From the NCBI RefSeq assembly GCF_963921235.1, contig NC_086109.1:31560001-31624000 (forward strand): 64,000 bases of DNA, read 5' to 3'. Of the stretch, positions 1-10,895 are shown piece after piece; positions within the stretch are counted from its first letter, which is position 1, and every line of letters begins with the position of its first letter. This DNA comes from Mobula hypostoma. Lineage: Eukaryota. The position numbers were made by a program, and so were the translations under genes. The notes beneath the pieces were generated by a model. The model made no database searches. It saw nothing but the letters and a program-made list of their open reading frames with translations, and was not told where the DNA came from.

Positions 1-113
1 AGTAAATCCAAGAAACTGAGTAGAATCAATAAAAACCACACCAAATATGACGAGCAAACTACCAATGCGTAAAAGACAACAAACTTACAAATACAGAAGT
101 AAAATCATAATAA
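1..113 (-). mobile_element. Rex1/Babar-like LINE 3' UTR fragment (left part; continues at 8712-8880 after the Gypsy insertion)
   Basis: Reverse complement resembles the 3' UTRs of the Rex1-like copies at 26500-26866 and 33420-33790, and it is collinear with 8712-8880. Confidence 0.65.
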
Positions 114-130
114 TGTAACCAGGTGACAGT

Positions 131-247
131 CCTGAAGCGGGAAACGTCGACTCATCGTTTCCATGGATGCTACCCGACCTGCTGATTTCCTCCAGTATGG
201 TGTGAGTGTTGCTTTGATCCCAGCATCTGCAGATTATTTTGTGTTGA
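131..247 (+). mobile_element. 117-bp PLE-tail mini-element with a degenerate hammerhead
   Basis: Absent from the 3' LTR; TSD TGACAGT at 124-130 and 248-254; CTGAAG..GAAACGTCGACT..GATGCT..CCAGCATCTGCAGA matches the PLE tails elsewhere in the window. Confidence 0.8.
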
Positions 248-602
248 TGACAGTTAAATATTATTTTTTATGGTTACAGTGCACTTATGTGTTCACCCTG
301 GTAATGCTAAAATAGCTGCCTGTGCCTTTAAGAGAAAACAGTGATGTTATTATGCATGTGTGGAGTAGAATGAAGAGTTACGTTGTTAAAGGAAGAACAT
401 TAAAAATAGGAATACTGGTCTCAGAGTGAGGAAAGGTGAACAATATTTGATAATATCCTTGTAAATTCCATTATACGTTTGTAAATCTAGAATATTGGTA
501 ATCTGACATGTTTTACATGTGGATGCTTTAGATTTTCGCGAGTCGGCATTGGATAGCGTGGTTGTACGAAGTTTCTTATTGGCCTAGTAGGTTAGTCTTT
601 CT

Positions 603-1927
603 CGTGAAGAGCGATTGGTTATGGCACACATCAACCACAGCCTACCGGTCACCTTCGATGCTTTGCAATTTGCCTACCGGAGCAACAGGTCAACGGCAGA
701 TGCCATCTCTCTGGCCCTATGTTCCTCCTTAGAACACCTGGAGAATAAAGACGCATACGTAAGGCTCCTTTTCATTGACTACAGCTCTGTCTTTAATACC
801 ATCATTCCAAATAAACTGATTCCTAAGCTCCGGAACCTGGGCCTTAGCACTCAGATCTGCAGCTGGATCTTCAACTTCCTCACAGACAAGACCCAGGCTG
901 TAAAAATAGGGGACAAGCTCTCCTCTACAATCACTCTGAGCACCGATGCCCCACAAGGCTGTGTACTCAGCCCCCTGCTGTACTCACTGTACACCCATGA
1001 TTGTGTAGCCAAGTTTCCATCAAACTCAATATATAAGTTTGCTGATGACACAACAATTGTAGGCCGTATCTTGAGTAATAATGAGTTTGAGTACAGAGAG
1101 GAAATTAAGAACATGGTGACATGGTGTGAAGACAATAACCTATCCCTCAATGTCAGCAAGAGGAAGGACTTCAGAAGGAGTAGCGGACCGCACGACCCAA
1201 TTTACATCGGTGGTGCGCAAGTGGAACAGGTCAAAAGCTTTAAATTCCTTGGGGTCAATATCACAAATGACCTGAGTTGGTCGAACCAAGCAGAGTCCAC
1301 TGCCAAGAAGGCCCACCAACGCCTTTACTTCCTGAGAAAACTAAAGAAATTTGGCCTGTCCCCTAAAACCCTCACTATTTTTTATAGATGCACCGTAGAA
1401 ATCATTCGTCTAAGGTGCATCACAACCTGGTATGGACGTTGTCCTGTCCAAGACCGGAAGAAACTACAGAAGATCATGAACACGGCGCAGCACATCACAC
1501 AAACCAATCTTCCATCATTGGACTCACTTTACACTGCACGCTGTCGGAGCAGTGCTGCCAGGATAATCAAGGACACGACCCACCCAGCCATCACACTTTT
1601 CATCCCTCTTCCCTCCAGGAGAAGGCTTAGGAGCTTGAAGACTCATATGGCCAGATTTGGAAACAGCTTCTTTCCAACTGTGATAAGACAGCTGAACGGA
1701 TCCTGACCAGGATCTGGGCCGTACCCTCCAAATATCCGGACCTGCCTCTCGGTTTTTTTGCACTACCTTACTTTCCATTTTTCTATTTTCTATTTGTGAT
1801 TTATAATTTAAATTTTTAATATTTACTATTGATTTGTAATCCAGGGAGCGGGAAGCGCAGAATCAAATATCGCTGTGATGATTGTACGTTCTAGTATCAA
1901 TTCATTGGCGACAATAAAGTATAAAGT
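603..1927 (+). mobile_element. 5'-truncated Rex1/Babar-like LINE
   Basis: Absent from the 3' LTR; carries an RT ORF, a 3' UTR and an (ATAAAGT)n tail. Confidence 0.85.
615..1706 (+). pseudogene. Non-LTR reverse transcriptase, C-terminal part (Rex1/Babar-like)
   Basis: Motifs [50 protein letters not shown]; open for 363 aa but 5'-truncated. Confidence 0.9.
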
Positions 1928-2759
1928 ATAATTTAACTACAAGGTAATATATTGTAAGAGTTGATTTTTGTTTTTCTTTATTGTTTCATGACCAAATGTG
2001 AATATAATGGAGTAATGTGAATGTGTTGATCTCTGTTCATGTAAAGTGAGCCAGAAGAATCTGTTTCAGGGTCTAACACGTGTGTGCCAAAGTGTATCTC
2101 TTAGTAAAGGTGAGATGAATTCATTCAAATTTTGATGTTGTGTATAAGGTACAGGGTTGGTGGGGTTCTAATGTTGTTTGTATTGTTTTTATTAGAATTG
2201 CCACGACCAGATTGGTTTTGTATATTTTGTTCTATTTATTTTGATACTGTCTACGTAATTTGTTGATACACAAGGGTGTGGACTGATTTTAAACTGAGAT
2301 TGTACAGCAGGAACTATGTTTTTTTTAAAATTCATTGTGTTGTTTTTATTTTGATACCTTCTTTCTGCATTAAACTATCTAAAACAGATGACGGAATTAA
2401 AGACCCAAAAAACTATTTGTTGTCCTGAGTGTGTATTTTTGTATGCAGTACAATATACAATACATAAAATATGGTAGGGGTGAAGAACGGGCCAGCCATT
2501 CCCGTGGGATGGAGGAGAACCTGTTGTCGTGTGGAGACCTTGGTAGAGGCTTGAGACCGGGCTGGGACATCCGGGACTGATGCCAAAACTTGGAACTGTG
2601 ACTGCGATCCAGAGCAACTGCGGCCAGGAAATTATTGTGTTTTCTGCAAAAGAAATTAGCAACCCCCCTTTTCCAGGCTTGTTGTGGAGACTTTAAAGAC
2701 TTGAGGTTTCATAATGTTGCATTCAGAGGATGAACAAACTGAACCTGATTTGAATTAAC

Positions 2760-3458
2760 AAAGTAGAGAGTTGCATAGTGGTTATGAGGAAGACCAAGTT
2801 GACGACTTGCTCACCTATCTCAGGGAAGCTTTTGGAGACCAGCGTGGTGCACCTTAGCTGTTGTATAGCTTCTATAGTTGCAAACAGCGTCAGGATGAAG
2901 ACATGAGAGTTTTCACATGGCCTCGCCCAAGCCCTTCACTTGCTACTGAAGCGATTCCCTGATGCTGTGGCCACTAAGAGGGTGGGGATCAGAGATCAGT
3001 TTATAGAGGGGATCAGAGATCCTTCCCTTAGAAGGTTCGTGCGGAATAATCCTGAGTCCTCAGTGATAGAAGTGCAGGAGGAGGCTCGTCTGTTGTTTTT
3101 AGAAGAGTCCTCAGGAAATACACAGTCTGTAGAGTCAAAGTATAGCAACAGCCATGCACAGTCCTCAACTCAGGAATCTCAATCCATTACTCCAGATGAG
3201 GTCATTAAAGTGGTTGCAGAGCAGGGCAAAGCCATTTGTGGGTTGGCTCAAGCAGTGAAAGATCTTGCTATACAGAGGGTTGTTGCACATGCTACTAGCT
3301 GTAGACCTAAGTTACAACCTAGGTTCATAGAGGTTAGGCAACCAATATGTTTCAAGTGCCAAGTTGGGGTGGGAGGGGAACATGTGACCAAGAATTGCCC
3401 ACGGAAGCAAAAGGTATGGAATGCAGAGCCTGCATCCTCCCACTACAGATTGTTATGA
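2760..3458 (+). pseudogene. Gypsy gag remnant
   Basis: IRDQFIEGIRD motif and a degenerate zinc knuckle CFKC...H....C. Confidence 0.7.
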
Positions 3459-3499
3459 ATTGGGCAATTCGGGGGAACCTCATAGACTCAGGTAATGTA

Positions 3500-6400
3500 C
3501 AGCCACCCCACGACCAGTTGCTGCAACGTGCCATAGGGATATGTCCTGTTGTTGAGCTTAAGATATCAGGTGTCGTTGTTCTTTGTCTGATGGACACAAG
3601 TAGTCAAGTGAGCACCATGACTGAGCAGTTCTTTCAAGAACACTTGATTGAAGAGGATGAGAATTGGTATCCACTGCTGGCTGGCTTAGGTTAACAGCCG
3701 CTAACAGTCTTGATGTTCCTTACCTTGGCTATCTAGAGCTAGAGGTTCAAGCGATCGGCATGAAGATACCAAATTGTGGCTTTCTCGTAGCTAGAGATCC
3801 TGTTAGTGCTGAATAACCCGTCCCATGCATTGTAGGCATGAACATTATAAGCCAACGTAGACAACTTGTCTATGCAGAATTTGACATGACCCTAGAAGGA
3901 AAGTTGGATTTTAACTGGAGAGATGTTTTCCAGAAAGTGCAAGTGTGCAATACCAAAAAGAAACCCATAGTCCAAGTATCGGGAAAGATACTGAGCACAT
4001 ACCTGCTGAATCTGTAGTTACCATTGTGGCTAGGAAGGCCACTGGAGATGCTGGTACTGACCATAAGAAGTTACTTGAGCCACTTAACACCCCTCTACCG
4101 AGAGATCTTGTAGTTACTTCCATGCTCGTTGACTCGTAATCATACAGTACTGGTACAAATTTTAAACCTCTCTCGAGGTTTAAACCTAGGACCTGGCTGG
4201 GTATACTGTCAAAGATAGAATGCATAGATAGTGATCAGCAATGTGCTGTAAGATTTCAGTAGATCTCACCTGGCATTGAACAAGTAACAGTTGGTGTAAA
4301 GGAGGAGTGTTGTCAATTCTAGGTAAGCTCGACATTGGGGTAGTGAAGAACAGCAAGCTCAGCTAAGAACTTTACTGGCTAAGTACCTGGATACCTTTGC
4401 AGTTGAAGGTGGAGACCTTGGGTACACTAATAAGTTCAAGAATAAAACTCAGTTAATTGATGACTAGCCCGTTTCACAGCCATACCGTTGAGTTCCGCCC
4501 AATCAGTACAGTGAAGTAAAAGAGCAATATCAAAGTTGTTGAAGAAGGGTGTGATTCAGGAGAGCAATAGTACATTTGCCTCACCTGTAGTGTTGGTGCG
4601 GAAGGCTGATGGTAGCATAAGACTGTGGGTAGATTATTAGAGACAGAATCTTAAGACTAAAATGGACGCGTTCCCACTCCCACATATTAATGAGAGTTTT
4701 GATGCTCTGTGGGGAGTGCAGTTTTTCTCAATGATAGACCTCAGGAGTGGTTACCACCAAGTGGTAGGTATAAGACTTGACCCCATTTGGTCTTTATGAA
4801 TATTTTCGCAAGCTGTTTGGGATCTGAAGTGGGCCAGCGACTTTTTAAAGACTCATGCAGGCAACTATGAATGATTTAGTCTTCCACATTATGCTTGTGT
4901 ATTCAAAGACTTTCCAGGAACACTTGGAGAGGCTTGACACTGTGCTTCAGCACCTCAAGGAAACTGGCCTGAAGATAAAAATTGGAAAAAATGTCATTTT
5001 CTGCAGTCAGAGGTCAAGTTCTTACGACACCAGATGTCAGCTAAGAGGATGGGCACAGATCTCGAAAAAGTCTCGGCTGTTCGGCAGTGGCCAGTACCAT
5101 CTACGTTCAAGGACTTAAGATAACTTCTTGGCTTTTGTAGTTATAGATGGATCATTCAGGGATTCTCAAAGATTGCAGGTCCGCTGCATGATGTAGTGAA
5201 TTTATGTCTATATGTAAGGAGTCCTAGTAAAACAAACCAACTGTTAAAACAGTCTTGGATGGAAGAATGTCAGACTGCTTTTGACTTGGTCAAAGAGAAA
5301 CTGACCAGTTTACCCATCCTCGGCTTTGCCGATTTCGCATAACTTTTCACAGTGGAGACTGAGGCAAGCAGTCATGGACTAGGAGCTGTGTTATACCACA
5401 TGAAATTAGAGCTGTTTGCACTTAAGTGGGCTATAGTAGAGAAGTTTTGTGGTTACTTATTTGGTTCAAAATTCACTGTAATTACTGACATGAACCTGTT
5501 ATCCCACTTGAAAACTGCCAAGTTGGGAGCAATTGAGCAGAGATGGATCTCACAGCTGTCAGTGTTTGACTTTGATGTTTAGTATTATCCTAGTCAGGGC
5601 AATACTGTGTCTGATGCTCTCTCTAGGCAGCCATTTTCGGGGGAGCCTGAGCCTATCTCAGAGGATGCTGAGTTTGACGAGACTGTGGCGATCTGTACTC
5701 TGATCAATCACGGCACTGCTCTTGACCCGGCACTGGTTACAACTGGTCTTAAAAACTATAAGATTAAGCAAATTCAAGCTCTTGAAGCTGCTACTAGTGA
5801 TGTAAGTGAGCTGATGCAAGGAAACACCCCAACCTTGTCGGGTTATTCTACTGGGTGCTTGTACACTTCTCATCAGCAAGACCCTGCTTTAAGTGTCTCC
5901 AGAAACTTAAGGGACATGGAAGAAAGCTGAATGGAGAGGATCGTAAAGCTCTGCCTAAACCGTTTTTTGTCTCTGTTAAAGCAGTGGGACAGTATCAGGG
6001 AGCGTAAGGGGTTACTGTATCATGTAGTTGAGGATAAGAAGCACAGGGAGGATTACCAGCTTGTGTACGTACCAGCTTTAGGAGTAAAGGGTTAGGGTAT
6101 GTACATGACTCTAGGGATCATCAAGGCATACAACATTCTCCGCACTTGTTGAGAAGCAGATGCTTTTGGGTGGGCATGCACGAGGATGTGGCACAGTGAG
6201 TCAAAAATTGTCCACACTGTGTGTTAACTAAAATGCCATACCCTAAGACCCATCCACCCATGAAATCATTTCTTGCTTCTAGGCCACTCAAACTTGTTGC
6301 TATAGATTTCATGTTTGAGCCAGCAGCTGATGGGTGTGAGAATGTCATAGTAGTCACAGTCATTTTTACAAAATTCACCCAAGCATTCCCAACTCAGGAT

Positions 6401-6810
6401 GAAAAGACATATACCACAGCAAAGGAGCTCTTGATAGAATGGTTTATGAAGTACTGTGTTCCTGAGAGGTTGCATTCTGACCAGGGCTGTAACTTTGAAA
6501 GTGAGGTCATATCCGAGCTTTGCAAACTGTATGGAGTAAAGAAAAGTCATACTACACCCATCATCCTTCTGGCAACACCCAATGTGAGCGTTTCAACAGG
6601 ACGATGCATGGTTTGTTGTGTACGTTGCCTCCAGAAAAGAAACACAGGTGGCCGGAGCATCTACCCGAGTTAGTGTATACCCATAATGTGACGCCTCACC
6701 AAACCACCGGATATTCCCCGTATTACCTACTGTTTGGTGTTGATCCCCACTTGCCAGTGGATGCTCTACTGAGACAAGAACAGTCTGTAGACGGGAATGT
6801 GACTGGTTAG
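3500..6810 (+). pseudogene. Gypsy pol remnant (protease, RT, RNase H, integrase), frameshifted
   Basis: Protease LMDTSSQVST; RT TFQEHLERLDTVLQHL; RNase H ETEASSHGLGAVL and KLELFALKWAI; integrase LVAIDF, PERLHSDQGCNFES, YHPSGNTQCERFNRT-like, TTGYSPYYLLFG. Confidence 0.9.
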
Positions 6811-6924
6811 TCACACACTAGAAACAACTGAGTGATGCTCATGCCAGAGCAAAAGAATACTCTGAACAGAAGGCTGTAGAATGCATTGCCTTACAGGAGG
6901 ATAAAACTTATTGACCTGAGTTGA

Positions 6925-7182
6925 TGGCATCCATTAGTCTCGTGAGACCATGGATCTGCACCTGGAAAGTCTTGCTTCAGTCTCTCCAGGGTGCAGGCCT
7001 GGGCAAGGTTGTATGGAAGACCGGGAGTTGCCCAAACAGATAGTCTCCCCTCTCCAAGCCACCGATATTGTCCAAGGGAAGGGCAAGGGCTGATACAGCT
7101 TGGCATCAGTGACGTTGCAGGAGTTGTCAGAGCGAGGTTGAGAGCAACGTCAGACTGCCTTAGGGACTCCAGCTCCAGATTC
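6925..7182. mobile_element. 258-bp insertion in the Gypsy element, possibly RTE-related short element
   Basis: TSD-like ATTGACCTGAGTTGA (6910-6924) and ATTGACCTAAGATTGA (7183-7198); higher GC than flanks. Family assignment is tentative. Confidence 0.6.
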
Positions 7183-7812
7183 ATTGACCTAAGATTGACG
7201 TAAATGTACTAGTTTATCTCAGGAACAGGCCATTATGCTGTAATAAGATCCAGGATGCTTGGAAATCAATTGTCTACAGGGTGGTAGAGGTACTAGACAA
7301 CACATACACCGTGGAACCTTTGGATGGATAGTTTATCAAGAGGGTGAAGAGGGTAAACATTAGGCACTGTGAGAACCTTCCCACCCAACTCCTCAAAGGA
7401 GACTGCAAACTCCTGCCCCCACACCCCCCCAGGATATGAATCAGGTTCTGAGAATTCATGGAATGTTGTGGTATAGGGAGATGAGTCAGAACAGGGTGCA
7501 TGTACTCTCAACCCTAGCCTTGACAGCATATCACCTGGAACTGAGACTATGATGCCTGTGACAGCTGACACAGGGACAGATGTTGATCGTCTTGCTAATG
7601 CACTAGCCCCCAGGAGTAAAGGAGTAAATGCTGACAGCACTCTAACCCACATCATGAACCAAGATGAGTCCTAGATGTGACCTCCATAAGTCCCGCCGTA
7701 GTGCCACAGATGCTGGCTAGCCTAAGTTCAGTTCTATTCAGAGAAGCAGAGGTTAAAAGTACCTTTGCAGTAAGCGAGTAATCGAGAACGCTTACCTGTA
7801 TGCAGAGGAGAT

Positions 7813-8711
7813 TGTAACCAGGTGACTGTTGAATATCATTTTTTATTGTTAAAATGCACTTATATATTTACTCTGATAATGCTAAAATAGCTGCCTGTGT
7901 CTTTAAGAGAAAACAGTGATGTCATTATGCATGTGCGGAGCGGAACGAAGAGTTACGATGCTCTAGAAAGAACATCAAGACTAAGAATACTGATCACATG
8001 GTAAGGAAAGGTGAATAATATTTGATAATATCCATGTAAGTTCCTTTATACTTGTGAAATTATAGTTGTTCTATATTTACTTGTTTTACATGTAAATGCT
8101 TTAGATTTTTGCAAGTCAGTGCTGGATAGCATGGTTGTACAAAGTTCCTTATTGGCCTAGTAAGTTAGCCTTTCTAATAAATTAACTACAAGGCAATATT
8201 TTGTAAAAGTTTTTGTAAAAGTTTATTTTTGTCATACTTTTGTTTTGTGACCAATTATGAATGTAATGGAGTAAAGTGAATGCGTTAATTTCTGTTCGTG
8301 TCGCGTGAGCAAGAAGAATTTGTTTCGTGTTTGGAAGTTAAACACGTGTGTGCCAAAATGTACCTCTTAGTAAAGATGAGATGTACTTATTCATGTTTTT
8401 GATGTATATAAGGTAAAGGGTTGGTGGAATTCTAATGTTTGTATTTTTTTTTTGGAATTGCCACTACTGTATTGGTTTTTGCATATTTAGTTTTGTGTAT
8501 CTACATACCGTATACGTAACTAGTTGATACATCAGTGCGTGGACTAAAATTAAACTGAGATTGTAACAGCAGGAGCTGTGTTATTTTTAATTCATTGTAT
8601 TGTTTTTATTTTGAATCCCTCTTTCTGCACTTAAACATTTAAAACAGATCAATGAATTAAAGAATCAAATAAGTATTTGTTGTCCTGCGTATGTGTTTTT
8701 CCCAGGCTACA
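7813..8711 (+). repeat. Gypsy 3' LTR (899 bp)
   Basis: TG...CA termini with imperfect inverted ends (TGTAACCAGG / CCAGGCTACA); short purine tract AGAGGAGA immediately upstream. Confidence 0.9.
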
Positions 8712-8880
8712 ATAATAATAATAATAAATAAACAATAAATATTGGGAATAAGAGATAGGTCCTTGAAGGTGAGTCCATAGGTTGTGGGAATAGTTCAGTG
8801 ATGGGGCGAGTGAAGTTAAGTGATGTTAAACCCCTCTGGTTGAAGTGCCTGATGGTTGAGGGATAATAACTTCCTGAAAC
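8712..8880 (-). mobile_element. Rex1/Babar-like LINE 3' fragment (right part of the Gypsy target)
   Basis: Reverse complement resembles the ..TCAGGAACAGTTAT..AACCATCAGGC..GAACCAGAGGGG.. segment at 26497-26620. Confidence 0.7.
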
Positions 8881-9497
8881 TTCACAGTAAACATTAAGAA
8901 TTCAGTGCAATTTCTTGAATTATCAAGCTCATTACATTGTGCCGTTATTCAAGAAGAGATAATCTTGGAAACTATAGATGGGTGAGTTTCATGTTAGTGG
9001 AGGTAAGAATTATTAGGGATGGGATATATGAGCATTTGAAAAATCATGGCCTAAATAGGGAGAGCCAACAGGGTTCTGTGCAGGGCAGGTCATGTCTTAC
9101 TAGCTTGGTTGAATTTTCTTATGGAGTGATTAGGGTGATTGATGAAAGTAGAACTGTGGATGTTGTTTACGTGGATTTTAGTAAGGCATTTGACAAGATC
9201 AGTCATGAGAGACTCCTTTAGTAGATTGAGCTGCATAGGATCAATGGAGAATTAGCCATTTGGATGCAGAGCTTTCTTATCCATAAAAGACAGAGGGTAG
9301 TGGTCAAAGGGACTTATTCTCGCTGGAGGTGTGTGATTAGTGGTGATCCACAGGGATCTGTGGACCTCTGCTGTTTGTCATGTATATAAATAACCTAAAT
9401 GAAAATGTGGATGAGTGGGTTGGTAAGTCTGCAAATTATACAAAGATTGGTGTTGTGGATAGTGTAGAAGACTAGCAAAGACAGATCAGTTGCAGAT

Positions 9498-9595
9498 CAT
9501 CATGATCAGGTGCCATGCCCAGTTTGAGCTTTGACTGCCATGGCCCACACACTCCTGTTTCAGGTCAAGTGGATCAATTCATTGGTATTCATTTC
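9498..9595 (-). mobile_element. 98-bp 3' end of an RTE-clade-like LINE
   Basis: Perfect 11-bp TSD CAGTTGCAGAT (9487-9497, 9596-9606); minus strand reads ..NELIHLT*NRSVWAMAVKAQTGHGT* followed by a short (ATG)-type tail. Confidence 0.7.
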
Positions 9596-10140
9596 CAGTT
9601 GCAGATATGGGTGGAAAAATGGCAGATGGAGTTTAACCCAGCTAAATATGAAGTATTTCACCTTGTTAGGTCAAATGTCAAAAGACAGTACACTGTTAAG
9701 CGCAAGATCCTTAACAGTGCTGATGAGCAGAGGGATCTTGGAGTCTAAGTCCATAGCTCCCTTAGTTGAGGCATTGAATTCAAAAGTCAGGAAGTTATGT
9801 TGCAGCTTTATGAGACTGTAGTTAAGCTGCATCTGGAGTATTGCATACAGTTGTGGGTACCCCATTATAGGAAGGGTGCCAAGGCTTTAGAGAGGGTGCA
9901 GAAGATGTTTACCAGGGTGCTGCCTGGATAACAGAACATGTGCTGTAATGAGAGGTTGGACAAACTTGGGTTGCTTCCTATTGAGCGGTGGAGGCTCAAG
10001 GACATTCTGACAGAGGTTTATATGATTTTTGAGAGGCACAGATAGAGTAGACAGACAGTCTCTTTTTCATCCGGATTGAAATGTTTAAGAACAGAAGACG
10101 TGCATTTAAGATCAGAGGGGTTAATTTTAAAGGACATGTC

Positions 10141-10895
10141 AAAATCAAATCAAATCAAGTTTAATTGTCATTCAAACCATACATAGATACAGCCGAATGA
10201 GACAGCGTTCCTCTGGGGCCAAGCTGCAAACCATATTCAAAATAGGGAGAAAAAAAGGAACATTGTCACATAAGAAAGAAAATTTTTAGACCAAGTCCCT
10301 GAGCCTCAAGTCCCAGAAACTGATGGTTCCCAGCAGACTAGCCCGTAATTCCACCAATCCAACACTGGAGAGCAGCACCAACAGGAGAGGCCACCACCAA
10401 CTGAGCCTGATGCCACAATGCAACGTGAGCCAGGGGCTTGAGGCCTAGTCCTTGCTACAACTGAGGCAACACTGTTGCCTCGCTGTCTGTCTCTTCCAAC
10501 AAACAAGGGGAGCAGGCCAGCAGCAATCAATGTCCAATAGGGTCTTGCGATGGCAAAAGAAACTTCCAAGACAGTCACTCACGGTTTCATTGCACATAGC
10601 CTTCGTGCCAACTTGAAGGCACCAACTCCGGTGCCTTGGAGTAGCACGCAGCAGCACAGTCTGCACTCAGGTCTGCTCTACCAAACCCAATCTAGCTTCT
10701 CCTGCGGCCCGGCTCGAATCCCTCAGTCCAATGACCTGGCTCACCTTCTCTAAACGCTGGCCGGCTACTCCGAACAATGAGCAGCTCACTGATGCAGTGG
10801 ACCTCCTGTACATGTAGTTATTAGAGTCAAGAATAGTCTTATTGTGTATAAAAACATACTTAACAAAGGAAAAAAGCTTCTTTTGTTGCCCCAAG
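10141..10895 (-). mobile_element. Non-coding element with a Rex1-type 3' tail, inserted in CR1
   Basis: Minus strand ends ..GAATGACAATTAAACTTG(ATTTG)n; it interrupts collinear CR1 sequence. Confidence 0.6.

Larger units (their letters stand above)
114..2452 (+). repeat. Gypsy 5' LTR, interrupted by a PLE-tail mini-element (131-247) and a Rex1-like LINE (603-1927)
   Basis: Collinear with 7813-8711 once the two inserts are removed. Homology fades near 2440, so the end coordinate is approximate. Confidence 0.85.
114..8711 (+). mobile_element. Decayed full-length Ty3/Gypsy LTR retrotransposon
   Basis: Two LTRs both start TGTAACCAGGTGAC (114 and 7813); 3' end ...GGCTACA at 8711; ATAA on both flanks (110-113, 8712-8715); domain order gag-PR-RT-RNaseH-IN; many stops and frameshifts. 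Confidence 0.92.
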
